Positions 27,155 to 36,428 of a DNA stretch of 64,000 nucleotides are shown here, piece after piece. The position numbers and the translations under genes are program-made. This DNA comes from Acidimicrobiales bacterium (GTDB lineage Bacteria > Actinomycetota > Acidimicrobiia > Acidimicrobiales > Aldehydirespiratoraceae). How positions within the stretch are numbered: the first letter of the stretch is position 1; each line of letters opens with the position of its first letter. Under the pieces are notes generated by a model. It had not been told where the DNA came from. It did not search any database and saw nothing but the letters and a program-made list of their open reading frames with translations. The stretch is from the NCBI GenBank assembly GCA_029263215.1, contig JAJCXY010000040.1, positions 14,359 to 78,358 on the forward strand, written 5' to 3'.

Positions 27155-27787
27155 TCAGGGCGAGAGGCGCTCGATCACCCAGTGACTTCCCTCACGCCGG
27201 TAGCGCAGGCGATCGTGTAGACGATCGGGGCGGCCCTGCCAAAACTCGACACTCGTGGGGTTGAGCACGAAGCCTCCCCAATACGGGGGACGCGGTACCT
27301 CATCGGGATAGCGCTTCTCGATCGCAGCCGCGGCATTCTCGAGTTCGGCCCGATCAGCCACAATGCTCGATTGATGGCTCGCCCAAGCCCCGATCTGGGA
27401 TCCTCGAGGCCGCGAAGCGAAATACTCATCGCACTCATCGTCGCCCACGCGGCTCACTTCACCCACCACTCGCACCTGACGTTCGAGACCACCCCACACA
27501 CATGTGATCGCGGCTCGTCCGGTGTGATCGATGGCCTCACCCTTCGGTGACTCACGATTGGTGTAGAAGATGAAACCCCGTTCATCGACCCCCTTCAGGA
27601 GCATGGCCCTGGCCGCAGGCCAACCCTGTTCATCGACGGTTGCCACAACCACCGTTGTGCCGTCGACGGGTTCGGTGGCGAGCCACTGTTCGAACCACAC
27701 TCCGAACTGGACGATCGGGTCGCGGTCGACGTCGCCCCCATCGAGCCCTGCCTGACGGTACTGAACTCGCAACGACGCCATGTCCAT
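27155..27787 (-). CDS. pdxH: Pyridoxamine 5'-phosphate oxidase
   Basis: RAMLLKGVDERGFIFYTN, IEFWQGRPDRLHDRLRY and the C-terminal W-x-IERLSP. Confidence 0.92.
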   Translation of the reverse strand: MDMASLRVQYRQAGLDGGDVDRDPIVQFGVWFEQWLATEPVDGTTVVVATVDEQGWPAARAMLLKGVDERGFIFYTNRESPKGEAIDHTGRAAITCVWGGLERQVRVVGEVSRVGDDECDEYFASRPRGSQIGAWASHQSSIVADRAELENAAAAIEKRYPDEVPRPPYWGGFVLNPTSVEFWQGRPDRLHDRLRYRREGSHWVIERLSP

Positions 27788-27821
27788 GGCCGCAGCCTAC
27801 GGTGCAGTGGTGCAACGCTCG

Positions 27822-28208
27822 ATGCCATTCCTTCTGGTCGGTGGAATCAGTGGAGCGGGAGTGCGCTGGGCGGTTGGGGAGCTACTCTCATCACCCGCAG
27901 CCACGCTCCTCCTCGTCAACACGGTCGGGTCGCTCATCCTCGGAATCGTGACGATCCTCGGCCACTCGGCGCGCGGTGACAAAGGGGTTCAAGCTGGCTC
28001 CCACGCCAGCCCCATTTCGCTCGGCCTCACCGTCGGGTTCTGCGGAGGGCTCACAACCTTCTCGGGGTTGGCGGTGGAGCTGGTGTCTCGGTGGCGCGAC
28101 GGCACCAGTGGCACCTCGGCACTGGCACTCGCCTCGGTGGCGGTCGGTCTCGCCGCGATCGTCCTGGGCCGTTCACTCGGCCGCCGGTTCGAGCGGGTCA
28201 CATGGTGA
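27822..28208 (+). CDS. crcB: Fluoride ion channel CrcB (copy 1)
   Basis: MPFLLVGGISGAGVRW...NTVGSLILG...GFCGGLTTFS motifs. The ORF-track start at 27780 would overlap the pdxH start. Confidence 0.8.
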   Translation: MPFLLVGGISGAGVRWAVGELLSSPAATLLLVNTVGSLILGIVTILGHSARGDKGVQAGSHASPISLGLTVGFCGGLTTFSGLAVELVSRWRDGTSGTSALALASVAVGLAAIVLGRSLGRRFERVTW

Positions 28209-28534
28209 TCCTCGCGGGGCTCGGGTTCATGGCCGTGGCCGGCACCGGCACCTTGATCCGCTGGGCCGCGGCGGCTCGGTTCACGCCGCCCCTAGGCACC
28301 CTTCTCGTCAATCTGGCCGGCACCTTCGCCCTGGGAGCGAGTGCTCAGCTCGACGGCCTGGGTGCCACCCTGGTGGCCACAGCCGGCCTTGGCGCCCTCA
28401 CGACGTTCTCCACCGTCATGCTCGAACTCGTCGAGCTCTGGACTCTCGACAGGCGCCGAGCGCTCGCCTACGGCTCCCTCACAGTCGCCGGAGGCCTCCT
28501 GGCCGCCTGGCTGGGGCTTGTCGTCGCCGGCTAG
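28202..28534 (+). CDS. crcB: Fluoride ion channel CrcB (copy 2)
   Basis: ATG 28202 overlaps the end of copy 1 by 7 nt. LVNLAGTFALG...GLGALTTFST motifs. Confidence 0.8.
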   Translation: MVILAGLGFMAVAGTGTLIRWAAAARFTPPLGTLLVNLAGTFALGASAQLDGLGATLVATAGLGALTTFSTVMLELVELWTLDRRRALAYGSLTVAGGLLAAWLGLVVAG

Positions 28535-29184
28535 CTCCTGCCGTCTGCGGCCCGTCTGGCAACACACCACGATCCCGAACCGGCCCGACTCGCAACCGCA
28601 GTCCACGAGCCGGGCAGTGCGGCCACGACGTCCTCGGCCGGTAGGTGGATGGGAGTTTCGTGAGCCTGGGTATTGATCCAAACCAGGCATCCACGCTGCG
28701 CCAGCACGCGGTCGACCTCCGTGGGAAACAACAACATGTTCACCAGGGTCAACACGTCGGCGCAGCCATCCGGGAAGGGCAGTGACGCGGAGTCCCCTCT
28801 CACCTTCAGACTCATGCCCGCCGGCGCTGCTCTGAGCATTTCCATCGAGAGGTCGAGGGCCACCACATTGGAGTAGCGGCTGGTGAGGTGGGCGGTGCCG
28901 AGACCCGAACCGGCACCGAGTTCGATCACCCGATCGCCGGTGATCGAGCCTCGGTCGAGGGCATCGATGATCGATGCCCGGCGTTCTTCGGAGTCGCGGG
29001 TGGCCGACCACTCCGCGGCCATCGAGTCGAAGAGTTCGGCCACCTTGTCGCGACGCTCGGCATCCCAAGCATCATCGAACGCGACCTGGCGTGTCACCGA
29101 CCGGATCGGGCTGGCCGAGCCGCGAACGGGAAGATCGATGATGGTGCCCGGGGCGTAGGGCAACCACTCGACCGTGCCCGGCAT
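28531..29184 (-). CDS. Class I SAM-dependent methyltransferase
   Basis: ATG 29184 shares 1 nt with the serS stop (TGATG). VIELGAGSGLG is SAM motif I and ALDLS is motif II. Confidence 0.75.
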   Translation of the reverse strand: MPGTVEWLPYAPGTIIDLPVRGSASPIRSVTRQVAFDDAWDAERRDKVAELFDSMAAEWSATRDSEERRASIIDALDRGSITGDRVIELGAGSGLGTAHLTSRYSNVVALDLSMEMLRAAPAGMSLKVRGDSASLPFPDGCADVLTLVNMLLFPTEVDRVLAQRGCLVWINTQAHETPIHLPAEDVVAALPGSWTAVASRAGSGSWCVARRAADGRS

Positions 29185-30473
29185 CAGACGGGCGCGGGAA
29201 TCTCGGTGAGACCACCCAGGTAGGGCAAGAGCACGTCGGGCATGCGGATCGACCCGTCGGGCTGGCGGTAGGTCTCCACGATCCCGGCCCACACCCGCGG
29301 CACGGCGAGGCCCGAACCGTTGAGGGAGTGCACGAAGCGGGTGCCCTTCTCGCCTTCGGGCCGGTAGCGAATGTTGGCCCGTCGGGCCTGATAATCGGTG
29401 CACCACGAAACCGACGACACCTCGAGCCACCGATCGGCGCCGGGAGCGAACACCTCGATGTCGTAGGTACGGGTACCGGCCCCGCTGATGTCGCCACACG
29501 CCAGATCCAAGACCCGATGGGCGAGCCCTAAATCACGGATCGCGTTCTCGGCTCGTTCCAGGATCTCCATGTGCATAGCCTGGGCCTGCTCAGGGGTGCA
29601 GAACGAATAGAGCTCCACCTTGTCGAACTCGTGGACGCGAAGAAGGCCCCTCGTGTCGCGCCCCGCCGAACCGGCCTCGCGCCGGTAGCAGGTGGTGTGA
29701 GCCATCAGGCGCATCGGAAGATCCGCTTGGTCGAGGATCTCTCCGGCCACCATCGAAGTAAGCGGCACTTCCGCGGTGGGGATTGCCCAGAGATCGTCGC
29801 GCTCGAGGTGGTACGCGTCGTCGGCAAACTTCGGGAGATGGCCGGTGCCGATCATGGTGTCGGTCTTCACCACGGTGGGGGGCCGAATCTCCTCGAAGGC
29901 ATCGCGGTTGCGGTCGAGTCCGTAGGAGATCAGGGCTCGCAGCAGGTGAGCTCCGTGTCCTCTGTACATGGCGAACATGGAGCCCGACATGCGCACCGCA
30001 CGATCGACATCGAGGATGCCGAGTTGCTCGCCGATCTCCCAGTGGGGGACGCGCTGATGGTCGGCGATGGCGTCGGGGTCGTAACCCTCGACCCGCACAA
30101 CGACATTGTCGTCTTCGGTGAGTCCGTCGGGGGCTTCGGGCGACGGCATGTTCGAAACATTGAGCAGGAGCTCACGGATCGTTGCCTGGAGATGTGCGAG
30201 AGCATCGGCGTGTTGGCGCTCGTTCTCCTTTTGCCCCTCGGTTCCCGCCTTGAGTGCCTCGGCCTTCTCGGTCTCACCGTTCCGGTAGAGCTCACCGATC
30301 TCTTTGGAGACACGATTGCTCTCCTCGCGGATCTGATCCACCGCGGTCATGTGGGCCCGAACCCGGGCATCGAGCTCAACGATCTCGTCGATCGACGAGG
30401 TGTCCTCGCCCCGACGCGCCACGGCCGCTTTCACGGCCTCAGGGTCGTTGCGGATGAGCTTGATGTCGAGCAT
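29184..30473 (-). CDS. serS: Seryl-tRNA synthetase
   Basis: MLDIKLIRNDPE N-terminal coiled coil. Class II motifs (CYRREAGS, VHEFDKVE, NGSGLAVPR). Confidence 0.95.
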   Translation of the reverse strand: MLDIKLIRNDPEAVKAAVARRGEDTSSIDEIVELDARVRAHMTAVDQIREESNRVSKEIGELYRNGETEKAEALKAGTEGQKENERQHADALAHLQATIRELLLNVSNMPSPEAPDGLTEDDNVVVRVEGYDPDAIADHQRVPHWEIGEQLGILDVDRAVRMSGSMFAMYRGHGAHLLRALISYGLDRNRDAFEEIRPPTVVKTDTMIGTGHLPKFADDAYHLERDDLWAIPTAEVPLTSMVAGEILDQADLPMRLMAHTTCYRREAGSAGRDTRGLLRVHEFDKVELYSFCTPEQAQAMHMEILERAENAIRDLGLAHRVLDLACGDISGAGTRTYDIEVFAPGADRWLEVSSVSWCTDYQARRANIRYRPEGEKGTRFVHSLNGSGLAVPRVWAGIVETYRQPDGSIRMPDVLLPYLGGLTEIPAPV

Positions 30474-30544
30474 GAGCACGACGGTACCGCCATCAGAGCC
30501 ACCCCCTCCGGCTTTTCTGAGCGCTTTCGCGCGCATAGCGCGCG

Positions 30545-31429
30545 CTAGCGCTCAGAGATCGGTTCGGGCTGGGGGTTTGGGGTCGGGCTTGGGTTGGGTT
30601 TGGGGTGGGCTCGGGTTCGGGCTTTGAAGTCGGCGTCGCGTTGACCGGACGCATACCGCGAGAACCGGATCGCGATCAGGCCCCAGAGATAGAAGCCGCC
30701 GACGATCTTCATCACCGCACCAGCGGCCTGCTGATCGTGCACCGGCGAGATCCCCCAGAGCGGATCAGTGGTGTCGTAGGACTGGTAGACCACACCCTCG
30801 GCGAAGGTGAGCCAGCCCGCCGGCACGGTGGGCACGATCGACATCAAGAAGAGGTAGAGCATCTTGCCCGGCTCGCTCATCTGCATCTCTTTGAGAGGAC
30901 CGAGCACCGGGAACCACATCAACAGAGCAGAGAAGAAGACGCCCAGGTGCAAGACATAGTGGAAGGCACCGTTCTCCACCGACAGGTCGACCACCACTCC
31001 CCAGTGGGTCAATACCTGGAAGGCGTTGAAGACCACGCCGGCCACGACCGGCTTGGCCAGGAACCTGAGGATCCGTTGGAAGGTACCGGCCTCGAGAACC
31101 AGCAGGCGGGCGAGCCAGGCCGGCAGCGCCATCAAGAGCAGAGGCGGCACGATGAAGCTGATCAGCAGGTGCTGCACCATGTGCACGGAGTAGAGGTTTT
31201 CTTCGGCGATGTCGTGCAGCGGCCAATCGGCCGCCAGCCACAACAGCAAAACCCCCGCGACGAAATAGCGCTTTTGGGCCGCGGTGACGATCGTCTGCCC
31301 GGCCGGCACGACCAAGGGGCCGATCGCCCGCACCGAATAGACACCGAGCGCCACGATGCCGGCCACCAGAAGCCAGACCTCAGGGTGGAACTCGTAATCC
31401 CAGGCATTGACCGCCAAGATCGCGGTCAT
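30545..31429 (-). CDS. ctaG: Cytochrome c oxidase assembly factor CtaG (Caa3_CtaG family)
   Basis: Polytopic protein with HMVQHLLISFIVPPLLLMALP, typical of Bacillus-type CtaG. Directly follows ctaF. Confidence 0.75.
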   Translation of the reverse strand: MTAILAVNAWDYEFHPEVWLLVAGIVALGVYSVRAIGPLVVPAGQTIVTAAQKRYFVAGVLLLWLAADWPLHDIAEENLYSVHMVQHLLISFIVPPLLLMALPAWLARLLVLEAGTFQRILRFLAKPVVAGVVFNAFQVLTHWGVVVDLSVENGAFHYVLHLGVFFSALLMWFPVLGPLKEMQMSEPGKMLYLFLMSIVPTVPAGWLTFAEGVVYQSYDTTDPLWGISPVHDQQAAGAVMKIVGGFYLWGLIAIRFSRYASGQRDADFKARTRAHPKPNPSPTPNPQPEPISER

Positions 31430-31435
31430 CTCACA

Positions 31436-31759
31436 TCAGGCCCAGAACTGGAAAGCGAGGAGAGCGACGATATAGACGGCGATCGCCATCCCCAGCCCAG
31501 TAGCGAAGAGGCCCGAGAGGATCGGCTTGTCCTGCTTGAGGTGCATGAACATCCGAGCCACCAGCCAGAACTTCACCACCATCATCACCAGCAGGGAGGG
31601 GATCAGGGCGTCGCCCCAATCGAGGACCGACTCGAAGTAGGTGAAGACCTCGACCGAAGTGATGACGCCAAGAACCAAAGCGATCTTCACATATTGCAGA
31701 TCGGACGGGTGATGGTCGTCTTCGGTTTCGGAGCCGGTCTCGGCGATGGTGTCGCTCAT
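31436..31759 (-). CDS. ctaF: Cytochrome c oxidase subunit IV (prokaryotic COX4_pro type)
   Basis: 107 aa with three TM segments. YVKIALVLGVITSVEVF...VKFWLVARMFMHL pattern. Sits after ctaE. Confidence 0.7.
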   Translation of the reverse strand: MSDTIAETGSETEDDHHPSDLQYVKIALVLGVITSVEVFTYFESVLDWGDALIPSLLVMMVVKFWLVARMFMHLKQDKPILSGLFATGLGMAIAVYIVALLAFQFWA

Positions 31760-31769
31760 TGGTTGGGTC

Positions 31770-32384
31770 CTACTCGGCGGGAATCAGATAGATGACCGTG
31801 AAGATGAAGATCCACACGATGTCGACGAAGTGCCAGTAGAGACCGATGATCTCCACGGTCTCCGCATTCTCGGCCTTCAGCTTCCCCTGCACTGAAGCCA
31901 CAACCAGCGACATCAGCATCAGGATCCCGAGGCTCACGTGCACGCCGTGGAAGCCGGTGAGGGTGTAGAAGGCCGAGCTGGCGGGGTTGGTGGTGAAGCC
32001 CATCCCCTCGCGAACGAAGGTGGTGAACTCATACACCTGGCCACCGACGAACACGCCGCCGAGCATGGCGGTTGTGAGCAGCCACGCTCGAGAACGCTCC
32101 ACCTCACCACGGTTGAGAGCCGAGAGGGCGAGCACCATGGTGAGCGAGCTCATGAGCAGCACAAAAGAGCTGACCGAGGTAAACGGGATGTCGAAGATGT
32201 CGGTGGGGAGAACGTCGCCGTTGCCCCGCGTCTTGTAGAGCAGGTAGGTGGAGATCAGGCCACCGAACAGGAGGCACTCGGTGCCGAGGAAAAGCCACAT
32301 CGCCAACTTGTTGTTGGAGATACCGGTGTTGGTCTGGTGGGCGTCGTGGTGGGTGTCGACCGCAACGGTGGAAGTGGTGGTCAT
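31770..32384 (-). CDS. ctaE: Cytochrome c oxidase subunit III
   Basis: ATG 32384 lies 1 nt after the ctaD stop. LFLGTECLLFGGL, FYTLTGFHGVHV and LYWHFVDIVW motifs. Confidence 0.9.
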   Translation of the reverse strand: MTTTSTVAVDTHHDAHQTNTGISNNKLAMWLFLGTECLLFGGLISTYLLYKTRGNGDVLPTDIFDIPFTSVSSFVLLMSSLTMVLALSALNRGEVERSRAWLLTTAMLGGVFVGGQVYEFTTFVREGMGFTTNPASSAFYTLTGFHGVHVSLGILMLMSLVVASVQGKLKAENAETVEIIGLYWHFVDIVWIFIFTVIYLIPAE

Positions 32385-32385
32385 C

Positions 32386-34395
32386 TCAGCTCCCCTCGCC
32401 CTCGTCGGTGGCTCCGGCGCCGACCATAGCCGGGTCGTCACCGCCATCGTCATCGTGGTGATCGTCGTGGCCGTGACCCGCGTCGGGATCGTCGACCGGC
32501 TCGAGTACCCAGGCGTAGATGCTGCCCGCAACGAGTATGCCGCCGATCACACATAGCCAGAGATTGAAGATCACGCCATATCCGATCAGGGGCATGCCAA
32601 CCGCTATCACCAGCGGCCAGAACGACGGTGAGGGCAGGTGGACATCGTCGGCGTCGCCCTTCTGGGCGGCTTCCTCGACCGTGGCGATGCGCACGACCTT
32701 GTGGTTGTCGTCGTAGCCGTACTTGCGATACCACCACTCGTCCTGGCTCTCGACGGTGGGAATCACATCGAAGTTGTGCTCGGGAGTGGGCGACGGGACC
32801 ATCCACTCCAGGCTCCGCGCGTCCCACGGATCGGGGCCGGGGGCCGGAAGGTGCTTGGCTTCACGCTTCGATACCCAGGCGTTGTAGAGGAAGTAGCAGA
32901 CACCGAGCCCGATCGTGTAGGCGCCGATGGTGGCCACGAGATTCCAGAGATCGAATCCGAAACCGGCCGAATAGGTGTCGATCCGCCGACTCATTCCCTG
33001 AAGGCCGAGCACATGCATTGGACCGAAGGTGAGGTTCATGCCGATGATCATCAGCCAGAAGTGGATCTTTCCCCGGCGCTCGTTGAGCATGTGGCCGAAG
33101 ATCTTGGGCCACCAGAAGTAGGCGCCGCCCATGAGACCGAGCACACCGCCGCCGAAGATCACATAGTGGAAGTGAGCAACGATGTAGTAGGTGTCGGTCT
33201 GCTGGGTATCGGCCGGCGCCAAGGCGTGGGTGACACCGGAGAGGCCACCGATGGTGAACATCGCCACGGTGCCCACCGAAAACAGCATCGCGGTGGTGAA
33301 CTTGATTTTGCCGCCCCACATGGTGGCGAGCCAGTTGAGAATCTTCACGCCGGTGGGAACCGCGATGAACATGGTGGACAGGGAGAAGGCCGCCACCGAG
33401 ATAGGGCCGATGCCCGAAACGAACATGTGGTGAGCCCAAACCCCCCAGCCCATGAAGCCGATGGCGATCCCGGAGAACACCATGAACGAGTAGCCGAAGA
33501 TCGGCTTACGGCTGAACGTGGGAATGATCTCGGAGATGATGCCGAAACTGGGCAGGATGATTATGTAGACCTCGGGATGACCGAATATCCAGAAGAGGTG
33601 CTGCCAAAGCAAGGGATCGGCACCCGCATCAGGATCGAAGAACTGGGAGTCGAACACCCGGTCGAAGAGCAGCAGGAACAGGGCCACCACGATGACCGGC
33701 AGGGCGAAAGCCAGCAAGAACTGGGTGACCAGCAGCATCCAGGTGAGAACCGGCATCCGGAACAAGCTCATGCCCGGGGCCCGCATGTTGAGCACGGTGA
33801 CGATCAAGTTGAGCGACGACACGATCGACGCGGTGCCGATGATCAGCAGGCCGACGGCGTAAAAGTCGACCCCGTGGGTGGGCGAGAAGGTGACGCCGCT
33901 GTTGGGTGAATAGCAGAACCAGCCACAGTCGGCGCCGCCGCCGCCGAGGAGCCACGACGAGTTGATGAACACCGCGCCCGAGAGCCAGACCCAGAACGAC
34001 AAGGCGTTGAGGCGAGGGAAGGCGACGTCGCGGGCCCCGATCTGGAGCGGGATGAGGTAGTTGGCGAAGGCGGCGGCCAACGGCATGACAAAGAGGAACA
34101 CCATGGTGAGGCCGTGCATGGTGTAGATCTCGTTGTAGATCTGTGCCGACAGGAAACCCTGCTCGGGGAACGCCAACTGGGTGCGGATCAACAGGGCCTC
34201 GGCGCCGCCGACGAGGAAGAAGAACATCGCCGCCACGCCGTACATGATGCCGATGCGCTTGTGGTCGACCGAGCTCAGCCAGTCGCGCCAGCCATTGCCA
34301 CCCTGGGGTCGGGTGAGAGATCCCAGGGGTCGTTCAGCAAGCTGCGCTTCACTGGTTTCGATAGCCAGGGGTTGTTCGATGATGGCCATGATCAC
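32386..34395 (-). CDS. ctaD: Cytochrome c oxidase subunit I, A1-type, all ligands present, with two extra C-terminal TMs and a His/Asp-rich tail
   Basis: DHKRIG, TMHG, GHPEVY, WAHHMF, AHFHYV and DPWDARSLEW are all present. The tail reads DDPDAGHGHDDHHDDDGGDD. Confidence 0.95.
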   Translation of the reverse strand: MIMAIIEQPLAIETSEAQLAERPLGSLTRPQGGNGWRDWLSSVDHKRIGIMYGVAAMFFFLVGGAEALLIRTQLAFPEQGFLSAQIYNEIYTMHGLTMVFLFVMPLAAAFANYLIPLQIGARDVAFPRLNALSFWVWLSGAVFINSSWLLGGGGADCGWFCYSPNSGVTFSPTHGVDFYAVGLLIIGTASIVSSLNLIVTVLNMRAPGMSLFRMPVLTWMLLVTQFLLAFALPVIVVALFLLLFDRVFDSQFFDPDAGADPLLWQHLFWIFGHPEVYIIILPSFGIISEIIPTFSRKPIFGYSFMVFSGIAIGFMGWGVWAHHMFVSGIGPISVAAFSLSTMFIAVPTGVKILNWLATMWGGKIKFTTAMLFSVGTVAMFTIGGLSGVTHALAPADTQQTDTYYIVAHFHYVIFGGGVLGLMGGAYFWWPKIFGHMLNERRGKIHFWLMIIGMNLTFGPMHVLGLQGMSRRIDTYSAGFGFDLWNLVATIGAYTIGLGVCYFLYNAWVSKREAKHLPAPGPDPWDARSLEWMVPSPTPEHNFDVIPTVESQDEWWYRKYGYDDNHKVVRIATVEEAAQKGDADDVHLPSPSFWPLVIAVGMPLIGYGVIFNLWLCVIGGILVAGSIYAWVLEPVDDPDAGHGHDDHHDDDGGDDPAMVGAGATDEGEGS

Positions 34396-35636
34396 TCCAC
34401 CTCCGTCGCCGCGATGATCTCAGCCGATGGCTTAGGGCCGAGAGTCTCGAGGTAGGAGATCAGGTCGCTTATTGTTCGTTCGGATAGCCCGAGGTTGGGC
34501 ATACCGCGAGGGGCGACACCGTCGCCGAGACCGTCGGCCACATTGTCCTTGACCGCGGCGGGATCTCGGATCCAGGCAGCAAGGTCGTCGCGGTTGAGGC
34601 TGCCATCTTCGTTGTAGGTGTTGAGGATGCCCCCGGCGAAGGTGGTGCGGCTGGCGAAGTGGGTGAGGTCGGGCGCCGAGCCCGACTGGGTGGTGGCCCC
34701 GGTGTAGGTGTCGTCGTTGACGCCGTCGATGAGGTGACATGAGGCGCAGTTGGCGACGAACGCCTCCATGCCCCGCACTGCGGCCTCGTCGGTGGGCGTC
34801 GCCGCAGGGGTCATCTGGGTGTCGATCCATTCCTGGAAATCGTCGTCGGTCATGGCGACGACCTGCATGCGCATTCGGGAGTGCGATACGCCGCAGAACT
34901 CCGTGCACTGACCGAAGAAGACACCGGGCTCGTCGGCCGCCAGCTTCCACGGGGAGAAGAACCCCGGGCGTGCGTCGCGCTTGCCGTTGAGAGCAGGGAT
35001 CCAATAGGAGTGGATGACGTCGCGCGAGGTGACGAGGAGCTCGATCTCTTGTCCCGCGGGGATGGCCATCTGGCCCGAGGTGACGATGTCGGCGGGCGGA
35101 AGATTCTTCGGGTCGCCGAGCATCTCGGGGGTTACGTCGTCGTCGAAGTAGTAGCGGTACTCCCACCACCACTGCTGGCCGACCACGACCACCTTGGGTT
35201 CCCATGACGTGGCGGAGCCGTCGACCTCGACCTCGATCGCGTTGGCTTCGGTTTCGTTGAGGGCGATGTGAGCGATGACGGTGAGCACCGCCACCGCGGC
35301 CATGATCGCCGCAGGAACGACCGTCCACAGGATCTCGAGAGCATTGTTGCCATGAGTCTGGGCGGGGAAATCGTCGTCGTCGTAGTCGGACACCCGGTTG
35401 CGCCAGCCCATCCAGAGGATGACGCCGACAACCAGGACCAGCACCACTCCGGCCACGATCATCACGAAGTCGAGGAGGTCGTCGATGTCTCGCGCTGATT
35501 CACCCCGGGGTTGCAGGGTGTCGAGTTCGGCGTCGCTGGCACACCCTGCGAGCAAGAGGCTCAACAGGATCAACAAGCCCGGCCAGGCGCGGCGTCGAGT
35601 AGGTGTCATGGATTCACTCACCGTTGTCGTTCTCAT
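34392..35636 (-). CDS. ctaC: Cytochrome c oxidase subunit II with a fused C-terminal cytochrome c domain (caa3 type); lipoprotein signal
   Basis: Lipobox LLAGC. CuA site H-x34-CTEFCGVSHSRM. C-terminal CASCH heme-c motif. ATGA overlap with the upstream gene. Confidence 0.9.
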   Translation of the reverse strand: MRTTTVSESMTPTRRRAWPGLLILLSLLLAGCASDAELDTLQPRGESARDIDDLLDFVMIVAGVVLVLVVGVILWMGWRNRVSDYDDDDFPAQTHGNNALEILWTVVPAAIMAAVAVLTVIAHIALNETEANAIEVEVDGSATSWEPKVVVVGQQWWWEYRYYFDDDVTPEMLGDPKNLPPADIVTSGQMAIPAGQEIELLVTSRDVIHSYWIPALNGKRDARPGFFSPWKLAADEPGVFFGQCTEFCGVSHSRMRMQVVAMTDDDFQEWIDTQMTPAATPTDEAAVRGMEAFVANCASCHLIDGVNDDTYTGATTQSGSAPDLTHFASRTTFAGGILNTYNEDGSLNRDDLAAWIRDPAAVKDNVADGLGDGVAPRGMPNLGLSERTISDLISYLETLGPKPSAEIIAATEVE

Positions 35637-36421
35637 TCGTCTGCGTGGGTGTCGTCGGCCGCACCGTCTTCATGCACCTCGTGGCGCTCGAACTCTCGCT
35701 CCCCGTCGACCGCGGCAACGATGCCACCGGCGATCACGGCGACGCCGGCCACCAGCATCAGGCCGGCGATGAGATTCTTGCTCAGCTTGGGCTTGGCGGC
35801 GTAGAGGGTGCCGATACCGAGGATCACAACGGCGAGGAGACCGGCGAAGATCACCGCACCGTTCGCTGAGGCATTGAGAAGGATGCGTGAGCTGGCGAGC
35901 ACCATCACCCCGGCGGCTATGGCACCGGCGGCAGGAATCTCGATCGGGGCCATGACACGATCTCGCAAGGCCTTGTTGGCCACCGGGTCGCCGGTGGCAC
36001 GATCGGCCCAGGCGTCGATCGTCCACTCGATCGCGGCTATTGCACAAAGCACAAGCCCGACGACGAACACCGCGCTGTGCACCACCAGGCCAACTGCCAT
36101 CGTGGCGGCACCGAACGCCGCTACGACAGGCCAATGGCTGGCTGCCGCAGGGGTGGTGGGAGCGATGGAGTCGACGCCCGCATAGTGAGCCTGAGCGGCC
36201 GGATCGGCGTCGCGGTACATCACCAGAGCAATGGCGATCAGGCCCGCCACCACGCCTAGGCCCATGAGGGTCACGTAGCCGACGTGGTCGCCGATGCCGC
36301 CCTTCCAACCCCAAACCAGGGGGCCGACATGGTCGCCACCGGTGGAGTAGCCGTAGACGACCGCGGCGGTGACGAGGCCCATCGCGAGCCCGAAGAAGAA
36401 TTTGAAGCCAGGAGTGAACAT
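35633..36421 (-). CDS. Polytopic membrane protein of the oxidase operon, unknown function
   Basis: 262 aa with about 7-8 TM segments and an acidic/His C-terminus (HEVHEDGAADDTHADE). Its stop overlaps the ctaC start. Confidence 0.5.
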   Translation of the reverse strand: MFTPGFKFFFGLAMGLVTAAVVYGYSTGGDHVGPLVWGWKGGIGDHVGYVTLMGLGVVAGLIAIALVMYRDADPAAQAHYAGVDSIAPTTPAAASHWPVVAAFGAATMAVGLVVHSAVFVVGLVLCAIAAIEWTIDAWADRATGDPVANKALRDRVMAPIEIPAAGAIAAGVMVLASSRILLNASANGAVIFAGLLAVVILGIGTLYAAKPKLSKNLIAGLMLVAGVAVIAGGIVAAVDGEREFERHEVHEDGAADDTHADE

Positions 36422-36428
36422 CTGATCC

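Noticed and set aside
27788-27821. Fluoride riboswitch (crcB motif) upstream of the crcB pair
   Set aside because: Only about 34 nt separate the divergent pdxH and crcB starts, or they overlap if the earlier crcB start is used. That is too short for the roughly 52-nt riboswitch, and no matching pseudoknot sequence was seen.
30518-30554. GC-rich palindromic hairpin (CTGAGCGCT...GCGCGCATAGCGCGCGC...AGCGCTCAG) at the ctaG stop, considered as a terminator before serS
   Set aside because: On the transcribed (minus) strand it is followed by AAAAG rather than a U tract. It may simply be a stabilising stem, and I cannot decide without 3'-end data.
32386-32700. CtaD C-terminal extension as a novel subunit I-IV fusion
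   Set aside because: Two extra C-terminal helices (14-TM CtaD) are, to my knowledge, normal in Bacillus-type A-family oxidases. Only the His/Asp-rich tail is kept as an observation.
30605-33909. Long plus-strand ORFs (30605..31795, 32638..33909) opposite ctaG/ctaF/ctaD
   Set aside because: They are antisense shadows of strongly supported oxidase genes. The sequences are His/Asp/Gly/Arg-rich and non-protein-like.
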